Origin: Candidatus Thorarchaeota archaeon
GTDB taxonomy: Archaea > Asgardarchaeota > Thorarchaeia > Thorarchaeales > Thorarchaeaceae
DNA: 64,000 bases
NCBI GenBank assembly: GCA_048884965.1
Contig: JBHLQH010000006.1
Span: forward strand, 32,001-96,000
Direction: 5' to 3'
In this document: piece after piece, positions 26,583 to 35,918 of the stretch
Position numbering within the stretch: the first letter of the stretch is position 1
How the letters are laid out: each line of letters opens with the position of its first letter
Program-made: the position numbers and the translations under genes
Notes under the pieces: generated by a model
The model's input: only the letters and a program-made list of their open reading frames with translations
What the model was told of the DNA's origin: nothing
Databases searched by the model: none

Positions 26583-28208
26583 GTGGCCAAAGACTTTGAG
26601 ATTGATGACGATTCAGAGGTGGTCATTGGTCGAGGGACTTGGATCGACAAGCTTGCCCTTGACGTTATTGAACGTAAGGATTCTATTCAAGGCGATACTT
26701 CTGCAGTTATTCGCACTGAGAGTGGTCTTGGCGCATCAGGTTTCCCGCACATTGGTTCGTTTGCAGATGCATCAAGGGCATACGTCTTCAAACTCGCTCT
26801 AGAGGATATGGGGCGTGATGCGGAGTTCATAGCTTTTGCGGATAGTATGGATGGACTTCGGAAAGTGCCTATTGGGACTCCTACTTCACTCAAGGAGCAT
26901 CTAGGAAAACCCGTTTCAATTATTCCGGATCCGTGGGAATGCCATCAAAGCTATGGTGAGCATATGTCTTCATTGCTAATGGAATCCCTTGATGCTGCTG
27001 GGATAGAATATACGCCAGTTTCTGCCTTCGATTTGTATAGTACTGGAAAATTGGTTGACCAAGTCAGGATGGTATTACTTCAAGCACAGCTCGCGGGTAG
27101 GATCATTCATGAAACAACAGGTCAGGAGAAATATCTGACAACACTTCCTTATCATGCGATCTGCGAAAACTGTCAGAAGATCTATACTACTAGAGCTATC
27201 TCTTTCGATGAAAAAAGAAATCTTGTTGAATACCTCTGCGAAGGTGATGACATAGGCGGGAAAGCGCTTGGAGGATGCAATCATCACGGTTTTTCCTATA
27301 TCTCCAAAGGTGAAGGAAAGCTCACTTGGAAGGTCGAATTCGCTGCTCGATGGCATTTTCTACATATTGACTTCGAAGCGTTTGGCAAGGACATCTTTGA
27401 ATCAGTAATCTGCAATGACAGAGTGTCCAAGGAGATATTCAATTATGAACCACCTACTCATGCTAGATATGAGGTCTTCTTGGATGATGAGGGGCGGAAA
27501 ATCTCAAAATCAAAAGGGAATGTCATTGAACCCAAGACCTGGTTCAAATATGGTTCATCTCAGTCGCTTGCACTGCTGACATACAAACGGATGACTGGTA
27601 GTAGGAGGTTGACTGTGAAAGATATCCCTATCTACATGAAAGAGCTCGATGATTTGGAGGATATCTATTTTGGAATAACAAAGGAAAGCAATCCCTCCCG
27701 GATGAGAAAGCTAAAAGGTCTCTATGAATACTGCTTGTATCTAAGACCTCCCAAGGAGGCTCCAATACATATTCCGTATAGCCTCCTCGTCAATCTTGTT
27801 TCCGTTGCACCGGATGTGAACCGTGATGAATTCCTTGATTCGCGGCTGAGAGAATATGGATATCTACAAGAAGGTAATGAGTTGAATGATATCATCGACC
27901 GTGTAGAATATGCGGAGAACTGGGTTGCAGACTTCGAACAGATTGAGGGAACCAAGATCGATCTATCCCCATCAGAGAGAACCGCGATAGAAGGACTCAT
28001 CAATTGTCTGAAGTCCGGAATGACCGCAGATGAAATTCAAACTGCTATATTTGAAACATCTCGCGAAAGCAATATCAAACCCAACAGCTTCTTCAAGTTG
28101 CTCTATCAACTCTTACTGAATGATATAAAGGGACCTAGACTTGGTCCTTATATCCATACCATTGGAGTAGATGTAATATCAAGGGCTCTTCGTGCTCGAC
28201 TATCTTAA
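26583..28208 (+). CDS. lysS: Lysine--tRNA ligase, class I
   Basis: GASGFPHIGS, DSMDGLRKVP, WKVEFAARW, KISKSKGN and GPRLG motifs. GTG start chosen. Confidence 0.95.
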   Translation: MAKDFEIDDDSEVVIGRGTWIDKLALDVIERKDSIQGDTSAVIRTESGLGASGFPHIGSFADASRAYVFKLALEDMGRDAEFIAFADSMDGLRKVPIGTPTSLKEHLGKPVSIIPDPWECHQSYGEHMSSLLMESLDAAGIEYTPVSAFDLYSTGKLVDQVRMVLLQAQLAGRIIHETTGQEKYLTTLPYHAICENCQKIYTTRAISFDEKRNLVEYLCEGDDIGGKALGGCNHHGFSYISKGEGKLTWKVEFAARWHFLHIDFEAFGKDIFESVICNDRVSKEIFNYEPPTHARYEVFLDDEGRKISKSKGNVIEPKTWFKYGSSQSLALLTYKRMTGSRRLTVKDIPIYMKELDDLEDIYFGITKESNPSRMRKLKGLYEYCLYLRPPKEAPIHIPYSLLVNLVSVAPDVNRDEFLDSRLREYGYLQEGNELNDIIDRVEYAENWVADFEQIEGTKIDLSPSERTAIEGLINCLKSGMTADEIQTAIFETSRESNIKPNSFFKLLYQLLLNDIKGPRLGPYIHTIGVDVISRALRARLS

Positions 28209-28300
28209 ATTTCCTTCAATCATCATTTGTACTTACTCAAAATTAAGTGAGGTATACATTACGATAGTATATTTAAGTATACTATTTGATATTAGGAAGA

Positions 28301-28897
28301 ATGGAGAGGCATCTATTGAGTGCGCCGTCGTTTATTTACAAGGTATGTGTCATTGGGAACGGTGGAGTAGGAAAAAGCAGTGCAGTTCGTCGATACTCTC
28401 AGGGTGTGTTCACTGAAGATTACCAAGTTACGGTTGGAGTGCAACACTCATCCCAATCAGTTAATATCAACGGTCCAGAGGGTCCAACTGAGGTGAAACT
28501 AATCGTCTGGGATCTTGGGGGTCAAGACAAGTTCAAGTTCGTACGTCCGATGTTCTATAAAGCCGCGAAAGCACTAGTACTGATGTTTGATATCACCAGC
28601 AAGGAATCCTTTGAATCACTACCGAAGTGGATCAAGGAAGCAGAAGACAATATTGGCCGTAGTGTTCCTATGGTGATTGCTGCTAACAAGACAGATCTCC
28701 CTGGACATGAGATAGAACTTGAGGAGATTGAGCGATATGCGAATCACATTGGTGCTGAATTCATTCTTACCTCCGTCAAGACCGGGGATAATGTAGTCAA
28801 TATGTTCGAGAAGCTAGGTGAAGCCGTATATAACTCACGAAGTGAGTTCTCTCCCATGAGTAGCTCCGCCAATCCTGTGCAGGCAAGCTGTAAATAG
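28301..28897 (+). CDS. Rab-like small GTPase
   Basis: G1 GNGGVGKS, G2 TVG, G3 WDLGGQ, G4 NKTD, G5 TSVK. Confidence 0.93.
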   Translation: MERHLLSAPSFIYKVCVIGNGGVGKSSAVRRYSQGVFTEDYQVTVGVQHSSQSVNINGPEGPTEVKLIVWDLGGQDKFKFVRPMFYKAAKALVLMFDITSKESFESLPKWIKEAEDNIGRSVPMVIAANKTDLPGHEIELEEIERYANHIGAEFILTSVKTGDNVVNMFEKLGEAVYNSRSEFSPMSSSANPVQASCK

Positions 28898-29006
28898 ATA
28901 AAATGATTATTTTTCTTTCAGCCATACCTTAATACCGGTTTGATACTTCAATTCTCTACTATAAGCATGGCTGTACCTGCCAGACTACCACCGAGGGACC
29001 TAGAAC

Positions 29007-29870
29007 TTGACAGATTTCGAAGAGATGCGTATACTTGACAATTTCTATCAGACAAGCTCATTCTTTCCTATGCCTGTTGTCCTTGTGGGAACCCTATCAG
29101 AATCCGGTCAGACCAATCTTGGACCGTACTCTCTTTGCTTTCCACATATTATTGCTGAAGACAATGAATGGGCGATGATGCTAATCACAAGGAAAGATAG
29201 CAATACAGCGGAGAATATCAAACGTACAAAGGTTTGCTCAATTAACTTCATTCCCGATGATCAAAAATTCATGGAAAACTGTGTTCTTCTTGGATTTCCA
29301 GGAGAAACTACTGAAGAGAAGATGAATGATAGCATATTCACTCTTGTTCCATCGCGGAGGAATGGGAATGGAGGCATGAAGTATCCTGATCTAGTGGGAG
29401 AAGCACTCCAAGTCTTTGAGTGCACTTGGGATGATTCCTTTAATCATCGGTTAGTAGAACCCTCTGATAACTTTGTTCTGCGAATTGAGAAGATTCTATT
29501 GAAGAAACCATATCGCGATGCTATCATTCAGGGTGTGAATAAGAAGAGCTTCCCACCACTCCCAATAGACTATGGCTTTCGAGATAACTATCAATTCTGG
29601 TTCACGAAATCCGCAAAACCGTATAGTATACCAATTCCTGCATCAAAGGGCGTCGAAGCACAACATGTGCTTTTTGCAGCCCGAAGAATCGAACCGGACA
29701 TAATCTGGGAGGAAGCTGCCGCTGCGAAGATAGCCGGAGTTCCTCGCATCTTTCTGAACCGGGTCATCAAAGGAGTCATTGATGCAGCGAAGGAAGATGG
29801 TCTAACAGTGATCACTCCTGAGTTCATGGACAAGGTTCGAGACAAACGAAATCAAGAGAAAACCAATTAG
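29007..29870 (+). CDS. Flavin reductase-like (flavoredoxin) protein with C-terminal PCP-reductase-like helical domain
   Basis: PMPVVLVGT..NLGPYS..TAENIKRT..INF flavin-reductase motifs. C-terminal WEEAA...VP.IF...ITPE. Confidence 0.75.
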   Translation: MTDFEEMRILDNFYQTSSFFPMPVVLVGTLSESGQTNLGPYSLCFPHIIAEDNEWAMMLITRKDSNTAENIKRTKVCSINFIPDDQKFMENCVLLGFPGETTEEKMNDSIFTLVPSRRNGNGGMKYPDLVGEALQVFECTWDDSFNHRLVEPSDNFVLRIEKILLKKPYRDAIIQGVNKKSFPPLPIDYGFRDNYQFWFTKSAKPYSIPIPASKGVEAQHVLFAARRIEPDIIWEEAAAAKIAGVPRIFLNRVIKGVIDAAKEDGLTVITPEFMDKVRDKRNQEKTN

Positions 29871-29876
29871 AGGTTT

Positions 29877-30137
29877 CTAGTCGCTCTCTCTCCAATTAGG
29901 CTCAGCTTCACCAAGATAGGTCCATCGAAGAAGACCTAACTTATTTCGCACCAAGGCTGGAATGAAATCTGAGACATAGCCATTGGCTACTGTGAATTCT
30001 CTCTGCCATGCGATCTCAAGCTCCTCGGTTGGAAACGAGTCAGAATCCATAAGCAGCTTGGCTTCAGTTACTGAGATTCCCAGATGCTTATCGATCCACA
30101 ATTGCCATTCAATAGGATTAGTAGGATAAGATGTCAT
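29877..30137 (-). CDS. Small hypothetical protein
   Basis: 86-aa ORF tightly packed behind DMT gene. Confidence 0.55.
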   Translation of the reverse strand: MTSYPTNPIEWQLWIDKHLGISVTEAKLLMDSDSFPTEELEIAWQREFTVANGYVSDFIPALVRNKLGLLRWTYLGEAEPNWRESD

Positions 30138-30140
30138 TGC

Positions 30141-31049
30141 TTATTCTTCAAGCCTAGAGTAATCTTCCTTCATATGTTTTTCACTGTCGATTTCCTCAGT
30201 ATGTTCTTGGTACTTACTGAGTAGGATAACTCCTATTACTCCAAACACAAGGCCAATCCCATAGAACAAAGCATTTGACATTGCTTGTGAATAGATAATG
30301 GTTCCTCCAAGGATAACTGCAAACATGCTTACCGTACCAACAATCGCGTTGAATCTTGCTGCGGGATTCTTCTGAAGACCAATTGAAACCGCATAGACAC
30401 CTGCCGCGAAAGTGAAGGCTCCCATTAATACAAGCGGGATAAATCCAGCAATGAATCCCTGAACGAGATCCTCCTCGCCAAAAAGGGATAGTGTGAACCA
30501 TTGTGTAAAGATTGAGGCTAGTGCTTGAAGAAATGAAGTGATCGGGGCCCATAGTAGGGGTATCCTTCTCGAAGATGGGATCATTATACCAATCCCTATG
30601 ATCAGTAAGGCACAGAAAGATACGATTGGTAGATAATCCTCAAACAACACTGGCTCTGTTACTCCTCCAAATGCAATGAATACTGGTGTTAGAATAAGGA
30701 GAGCAATTCCTGCAATCGCTTGAGCATCTATTGCTTCACCAAGTCTTCGAGACGAAAGGATGACGAGAGCGATTAGACCAACGTTCATGAGGGGTTGCAC
30801 AACAACAATACCAGCAAGCTGAGTCGCGACAAGATAGGTAATGCCTCCAAGCAGAGACATCAAGAATCCAGTTGTCCATCGTTTGTTCGTGAAGAGACCT
30901 CTAGTGTGTTTGGCAGCCCCTGCAGCTTCTATCTTTTCCATTGTTTCAAGAGCTTCTTTTTGAATCACTGGTGCAATATTCCATAGCAATGATGTGATGA
31001 TTGCTAGTACTAATCCTAGGAACACGCCAGGGATGAGAAATTGTAGCAT
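30141..31049 (-). CDS. DMT-superfamily transporter
   Basis: About 9 TMs. QK..A, VVQPL and LGE motifs. Confidence 0.75.
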   Translation of the reverse strand: MLQFLIPGVFLGLVLAIITSLLWNIAPVIQKEALETMEKIEAAGAAKHTRGLFTNKRWTTGFLMSLLGGITYLVATQLAGIVVVQPLMNVGLIALVILSSRRLGEAIDAQAIAGIALLILTPVFIAFGGVTEPVLFEDYLPIVSFCALLIIGIGIMIPSSRRIPLLWAPITSFLQALASIFTQWFTLSLFGEEDLVQGFIAGFIPLVLMGAFTFAAGVYAVSIGLQKNPAARFNAIVGTVSMFAVILGGTIIYSQAMSNALFYGIGLVFGVIGVILLSKYQEHTEEIDSEKHMKEDYSRLEE

Positions 31050-31101
31050 TCGAGGTCAATGGGTCGCAGTAGCATCTACTAATAAGATGGACTATACGAC
31101 A

Positions 31102-32049
31102 TCAATTCAATGCATAGACCAACTTCTCTTCTATCCATGACTTGAGCTCATCACTTGCAACCATTCTCGATTTCCAATCCCGATCCTTGTAGAATCCTTC
31201 GTGTCGTATCGTAGTGCATTGGTCCATCATCTGAGGCTTTGAATCAGTCACATCTTCGCCGTGGAGATGTGAAGGATAGTTGTATGAAGAGGGAAGCTCA
31301 AGCATATTGCTTCGTTCCAAAGATGATAAAACAACTCCAGTGAATAGAGCTTGATGGATAAAGATGGCATATCTATCATCCTGTTGATAAAGTGCTTGAA
31401 GTCTTGGGTCCTGATATCCTTGCGTGAAAGCATCTCTCCATCTCTCTAGAATTCCTTCTTCAGGTCGCAATGAGAAAGACCCTGCATTGAAGTAAGGTTT
31501 GATCTTTTCTCCGTCAATATGACTAGTCATGGGGAATATTTGACTCTCCTCGATACCGCAGTATTTGTAAACCCAAGACCAGAATTCATCCAAGGGTTCT
31601 CCCCATCTTGATCCTACCAATTTGTGATGCACAGGTCGATAGCCAAATGCGTATCTCTCTGGAAGAAGAAAGGCAGATGGCTCCTTCAAAATCAGTGTGT
31701 TTGTGGTGAGCCAGATGAGGATATCATGCTCTCGTTTTGCAAGTTTCTCTGCAGTCCCTGCTGCATTGGCTTCAGCTATGAATGGGAATTTCATCATCTC
31801 AGTATCGAGTTTGAATTCAGTGATAGATGCGTTGAGCGATTCTAGCTTCTCTTTTGCATATGGAGATATCTCCTTGTCGTTATTCGGAGTAAAGAACCAT
31901 ACAGGTGCCTTAGATAAATGTCCTGCATTTTCTCGTATGCTCTCAAGAAACAAAATTGCATTCACTTCTGACCACTTATTGGGTAGTAGGGTGGACGCAA
32001 ATACTGAAGATTCCATTTCAACCATCGGTATCGATTTTTTCCAACACAA
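31102..32049 (-). CDS. GT8-like glycosyltransferase-fold protein
   Basis: ESIRENAG, YFNAG, HQA and LPSSYNYP motifs. Canonical DxD absent. Confidence 0.55.
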   Translation of the reverse strand: MCWKKSIPMVEMESSVFASTLLPNKWSEVNAILFLESIRENAGHLSKAPVWFFTPNNDKEISPYAKEKLESLNASITEFKLDTEMMKFPFIAEANAAGTAEKLAKREHDILIWLTTNTLILKEPSAFLLPERYAFGYRPVHHKLVGSRWGEPLDEFWSWVYKYCGIEESQIFPMTSHIDGEKIKPYFNAGSFSLRPEEGILERWRDAFTQGYQDPRLQALYQQDDRYAIFIHQALFTGVVLSSLERSNMLELPSSYNYPSHLHGEDVTDSKPQMMDQCTTIRHEGFYKDRDWKSRMVASDELKSWIEEKLVYALN

Positions 32050-32137
32050 TGGCCTTCTTAAGAATCACTTCGACGCAAGAAAAGAGAGAAGGTTTCTTCC
32101 CTGATGCTTGACAACAGAGAAGATCTCTTCTAGCCGG

Positions 32138-32356
32138 TTAGACGAAATGAGGTCCACCATCTCTTCTATACTCAAGGCTCTTTGATTCTAAGTGCAGGAG
32201 TGCACGAGTATCAAGGACTGTATACAGATGTTGCTGAGTGGTTTGGTCCTGATTCCTACCTGGAAGTGTGTAGGACCTCTTCTCAGCTACATACTTGACA
32301 CATGTTGTCCCTCTGCATTTTCTTGTTTGTTCCTTAACTGGGATTAACTTTGACAC
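32138..32356 (-). CDS. Possible small basic protein
   Basis: 72-codon ORF in an otherwise empty gap. GGAGGTG at the start and hairpin+T-tract downstream. Confidence 0.35.
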   Translation of the reverse strand: MSKLIPVKEQTRKCRGTTCVKYVAEKRSYTLPGRNQDQTTQQHLYTVLDTRALLHLESKSLEYRRDGGPHFV

Positions 32357-32723
32357 CTCCGAAAATCACTTATTGATTGTGAAATAAGGCAGATTCTTGA
32401 TATTCTTTGAGAATTGATAATGTAGATTAGATGCTATCCCTCGCAGTAGCCGAGCTGTCCAACCACGCTACGGTAATTCATCCATTCAGTCTGATCAATA
32501 CTCCCCACCAGACATGAATGGAAAAAGTCCTTCATGCTGATGTGAGCAGAATCATCTTTTTCTGCATAATCAACACAATCCTAGTGATAGCCAGATTCCG
32601 TATCTTTCCTGTTATAATAGTGCCGACCAACGCCAATTCACATTGCACACTTGGGTGGTTTCATTCACCGAAGTCTTATATCATTACATATCTCCGGAAT
32701 CAGGATGCTTAGAGGCTACAAAT

Positions 32724-33947
32724 ATGAAACGCACGCTATCGATAGTACTACTGCTTTCTTTGTTTCTATGCAACGCAGCTTATCCCGTTGTTGCGGAAAC
32801 AAGTCAAGGATTCGGTTGGAGCTATTCTGGGTATAATCGATATCACTTCTATCTTGACTATTGGACCGCAGCGGATGCTTTCGACTTTGGATTCTATGCG
32901 GATGTGAATACTACTGGCATTGAGATTCCAGACCCTCTAACAAGCTGGGATATAATGCCTGATATACCAGTAGAGTACAATCTAACCGTGCCTGGAGATG
33001 GCGAATTAGATATCGTCGAAGCAATACTCGGTATATACGCATGGTCAATAGTTGTTCCAATAGGAAATTGGACTCATATGACTAACATTACAGAGAGTAG
33101 AACTCATACACAATTTGGAGAGGGTGTTATCTCTATACAGCCATTTGTGGATGTTGATGATGAGTACTACTGGGGATTCAACTATACATTTTCTAATTCG
33201 CAATATGACTATGAGGTTTATTCCAGATATTTCAAATCGGATGGAGTACTCTCTTCATGGTTGTTCATTGGATATGATGGATCTGATGGAAGTCTATTCG
33301 GTCTCATTGATGTCAGACGTGATGGAACACCACCAACGACGACCTATCCAACAGACATGATCATCGAGTCAGGCTCGGTAGGAAACGAGCTGACATGGAG
33401 TGTATATGATGACAGTTCAGGTTACTATATGGTCTATCTCGATGATGTCAGTTTTCTCAATGGCACTTTGAATGGTGGTGACGTGAATGTCACAATTACT
33501 CTAGACGATCTTGAATTAGGTGTCCATCGATTCAATGCTACCTTCTATGATGCTGGCGGGAACAGTACATTCGACATTGTCTTGGTAGAGGTCGTGGATA
33601 CAACTGCACCGTCGATTGACTCACCTGATGACGTATCATATCAGGAAGGAACTGAAGGTCATACTATTCAATGGAGTCCATCTGATGTCAATCCTCTCAA
33701 CTATGAGATATATCTCGATGGTGTACTCATATTGGAATCTGCTTGGGATGGAGGTCAAATTACCTTCGATATCGATGGATTGACGATGGGTGCATACACA
33801 TACACTATCGTGGTCTATGATGTTAAAGGCCATTCAGTAACTGATGACGTTATTGTTGAAGTGACAATATCGACACTGACCTTAGGCGTTATTGGTGGAG
33901 GAACTATCGTTCTTCTTGGAGTCGCAGTAACGTTGAAGCGAAGATAA
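32724..33947 (+). CDS. Secreted, C-terminally anchored protein with tandem Ig-like repeats
   Basis: Signal peptide MKRTLS. Two repeats (DGTPP..LTWSVYD..Y..YLD / DTTAP..IQWSPSD..YEIYLDG). TM + KRR. Confidence 0.8.
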   Translation: MKRTLSIVLLLSLFLCNAAYPVVAETSQGFGWSYSGYNRYHFYLDYWTAADAFDFGFYADVNTTGIEIPDPLTSWDIMPDIPVEYNLTVPGDGELDIVEAILGIYAWSIVVPIGNWTHMTNITESRTHTQFGEGVISIQPFVDVDDEYYWGFNYTFSNSQYDYEVYSRYFKSDGVLSSWLFIGYDGSDGSLFGLIDVRRDGTPPTTTYPTDMIIESGSVGNELTWSVYDDSSGYYMVYLDDVSFLNGTLNGGDVNVTITLDDLELGVHRFNATFYDAGGNSTFDIVLVEVVDTTAPSIDSPDDVSYQEGTEGHTIQWSPSDVNPLNYEIYLDGVLILESAWDGGQITFDIDGLTMGAYTYTIVVYDVKGHSVTDDVIVEVTISTLTLGVIGGGTIVLLGVAVTLKRR

Positions 33948-33975
33948 GTCACTTGATGATTACAAAAAAGCTGGA

Positions 33976-33998
33976 AGGGAGTGTTCGAAGCACTCCCT
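33976..33998. terminator. Probable bidirectional terminator between convergent genes
   Basis: AGGGAGTG-loop-CACTCCCT, with an A-tract upstream and a T-rich tract downstream. Confidence 0.7.
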
Positions 33999-34106
33999 AT
34001 CGAGATATTCTTTTCTTCTTCTTATTGTGGATTAAGGAACAAAGAAAGAGCCATAGCGTTGAAATTCAGAGTATATATTCCTTGGTAGTTTGCGGATATG
34101 ATATAC

Positions 34107-35918
34107 CTATGCACCCAATCTATGTCTAGCTCGAAATCTCTCGATTGCTTCAGGACCTGTTCGCCCAAATCGCTGATCCAGTTCTTCCTTTGCTATACGA
34201 ACAATGGTTGGTCTTCCATGAGCACAGTTATGCTTGCCTTCTGTTTCCCATAGTTCAGCAATGAGCCTGCGTGCTTGCTCATGACCTATCTTCTGTCCGG
34301 AACGGATGGCAGCATGACAAGCTGTCACTTTGACAAGCTCATCCATGAACTGCTCAACGGCAACACTCTTCCCAAGATCGAGGATCCTATCAACAAGAGC
34401 TATCAGTTCATCCTCTGTGGCTCTCTTGCCAAGAATTTCAGGAAGCGTGGATACTAGGACTTCGTTCCCCCCAAAGCTCCCGATTGTGTATCCGAGCTTC
34501 TCAAGAGTTTCATCAAGAGCGAGAATCCTTTCTGCTTCATTGAGCCCAAGCTTCAGTACAATAGGCTCAAGTAGCTCTTGAACAACAGCATTGCCTTCAT
34601 TTACTTGATTTCGAAGCTTCTCATAGAGAATACGCTCATGTGCGGCATGCTGGTCTACAAGGACAAGTCCATTTTCAGTGGCAATCACTATGTATACCAT
34701 ACTGACTTGTCCAAGGATATTGAAGATCTTCCCGATTTCCTCTATATCCAATTCAGCGACATTTGATGGGACAGGTTCTACTAACATAGTTTCCTCTAGA
34801 AGTAATGCTCTTCCTTCAGACCTTGCACTCGCTGCATCTGGAAAGATGCTTGCTTCTTTGTTTGCGATCTCCTCAGACTCAACAAGGTCTTCTAGTGATT
34901 CTGAGAGAACTGCTGGTTCCACATTCTTCAATGATTCCTTGATGACTGAGCCAAGGATATCGCGAACTTTCTCGAAATCCTGAATCCGCACCTCTCTCTT
35001 TGTTGGATGCACATTTGCATCTACCTTCTTGACATCTAATTCGATGTCCAATACAAAAATGGGATATCTTCCTTTCATCAATAATGTAGAATATGCGGAT
35101 TCGACCGCCTTACTTAGCATGTAGTCCTCGATTGGTCGTCGTCTTACTGAGAAGAACTCTCTCCCTCGGTTACCTCGTGAAATGGATGGGTCCGCAATGA
35201 ACCCCTTGATGGTGACTCCATTCGTGTAATTGATTTCTATAAGGCTGGCCGCAGTATCAGGTCCCCATAATGCTAGAACGCGATCATGGGCTGATTGGTT
35301 ACTAGGACAATCAAGAATCACATTCCCATCTCTAGAGAACATGAATCCAATATCATTACGAATGATTGCATGCTTCATCACTACATCAAGGACTCTCTGA
35401 CTCTCAATTCTAGGATCCGAGAGGTGTTTCCTCCTAGCTGGGATTCTCTCAAAGAGCTCTCTGACTTCCACCCTTGTTCCTGGAGGTCTTGCTGCATCTG
35501 TAACATCAGGTATCTGACCCGCTCGTGATTTTATTCGTGCACCCATATCCTGGTTTTTATGTCGCGTAATAATTTCCAAATCCGCGACAGCCGCGATACT
35601 TGCAAGGGCTTCCCCTCTGAACCCATAGGTGAGTATCTTGTCGATATCCTCTCGTCGAGAGATCTTGCTTGTAGAATGTCGAATAGTAACGACTGGAGTA
35701 TCTTCCTTCAGGATGCCTTCTCCGTTATCAGAAACTATGATTGACTCAATGCCACCCTTAGCTATTTGAATCTCAATATTGGTTGCGCCTGCATCCAAAG
35801 CATTCTCGATGAGTTCCTTCACGATTGAAGAGGGATTCTCGATTACTTCTCCTGCAGAGATTAACGTCACCAGTGAATCATCGAGAACTTTAATTCTTCC
35901 CATCTGCAGGTCCCTCAT
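34107..35918 (-). CDS. mutL: DNA mismatch repair endonuclease MutL
   Basis: ISAGEVIE, KELIENALDAG, GFRGEAL, DANVHPTK, DQHAAHERILYE, ACH and CAHGRP motifs. Confidence 0.96.
   Translation of the reverse strand: MRDLQMGRIKVLDDSLVTLISAGEVIENPSSIVKELIENALDAGATNIEIQIAKGGIESIIVSDNGEGILKEDTPVVTIRHSTSKISRREDIDKILTYGFRGEALASIAAVADLEIITRHKNQDMGARIKSRAGQIPDVTDAARPPGTRVEVRELFERIPARRKHLSDPRIESQRVLDVVMKHAIIRNDIGFMFSRDGNVILDCPSNQSAHDRVLALWGPDTAASLIEINYTNGVTIKGFIADPSISRGNRGREFFSVRRRPIEDYMLSKAVESAYSTLLMKGRYPIFVLDIELDVKKVDANVHPTKREVRIQDFEKVRDILGSVIKESLKNVEPAVLSESLEDLVESEEIANKEASIFPDAASARSEGRALLLEETMLVEPVPSNVAELDIEEIGKIFNILGQVSMVYIVIATENGLVLVDQHAAHERILYEKLRNQVNEGNAVVQELLEPIVLKLGLNEAERILALDETLEKLGYTIGSFGGNEVLVSTLPEILGKRATEDELIALVDRILDLGKSVAVEQFMDELVKVTACHAAIRSGQKIGHEQARRLIAELWETEGKHNCAHGRPTIVRIAKEELDQRFGRTGPEAIERFRARHRLGA

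Noticed and set aside
32267-32329. Minus-strand MQRDNMCQVCS-TGA-EEV... as a possible selenoprotein
   Set aside because: Read-through adds only ~8 codons before TAG, there is no known Sec family motif, and no convincing SECIS was seen.
32433-32630. Minus-strand frame with in-frame TAG (possible pyrrolysine read-through)
   Set aside because: No start codon upstream of the TAG and no recognisable protein similarity.
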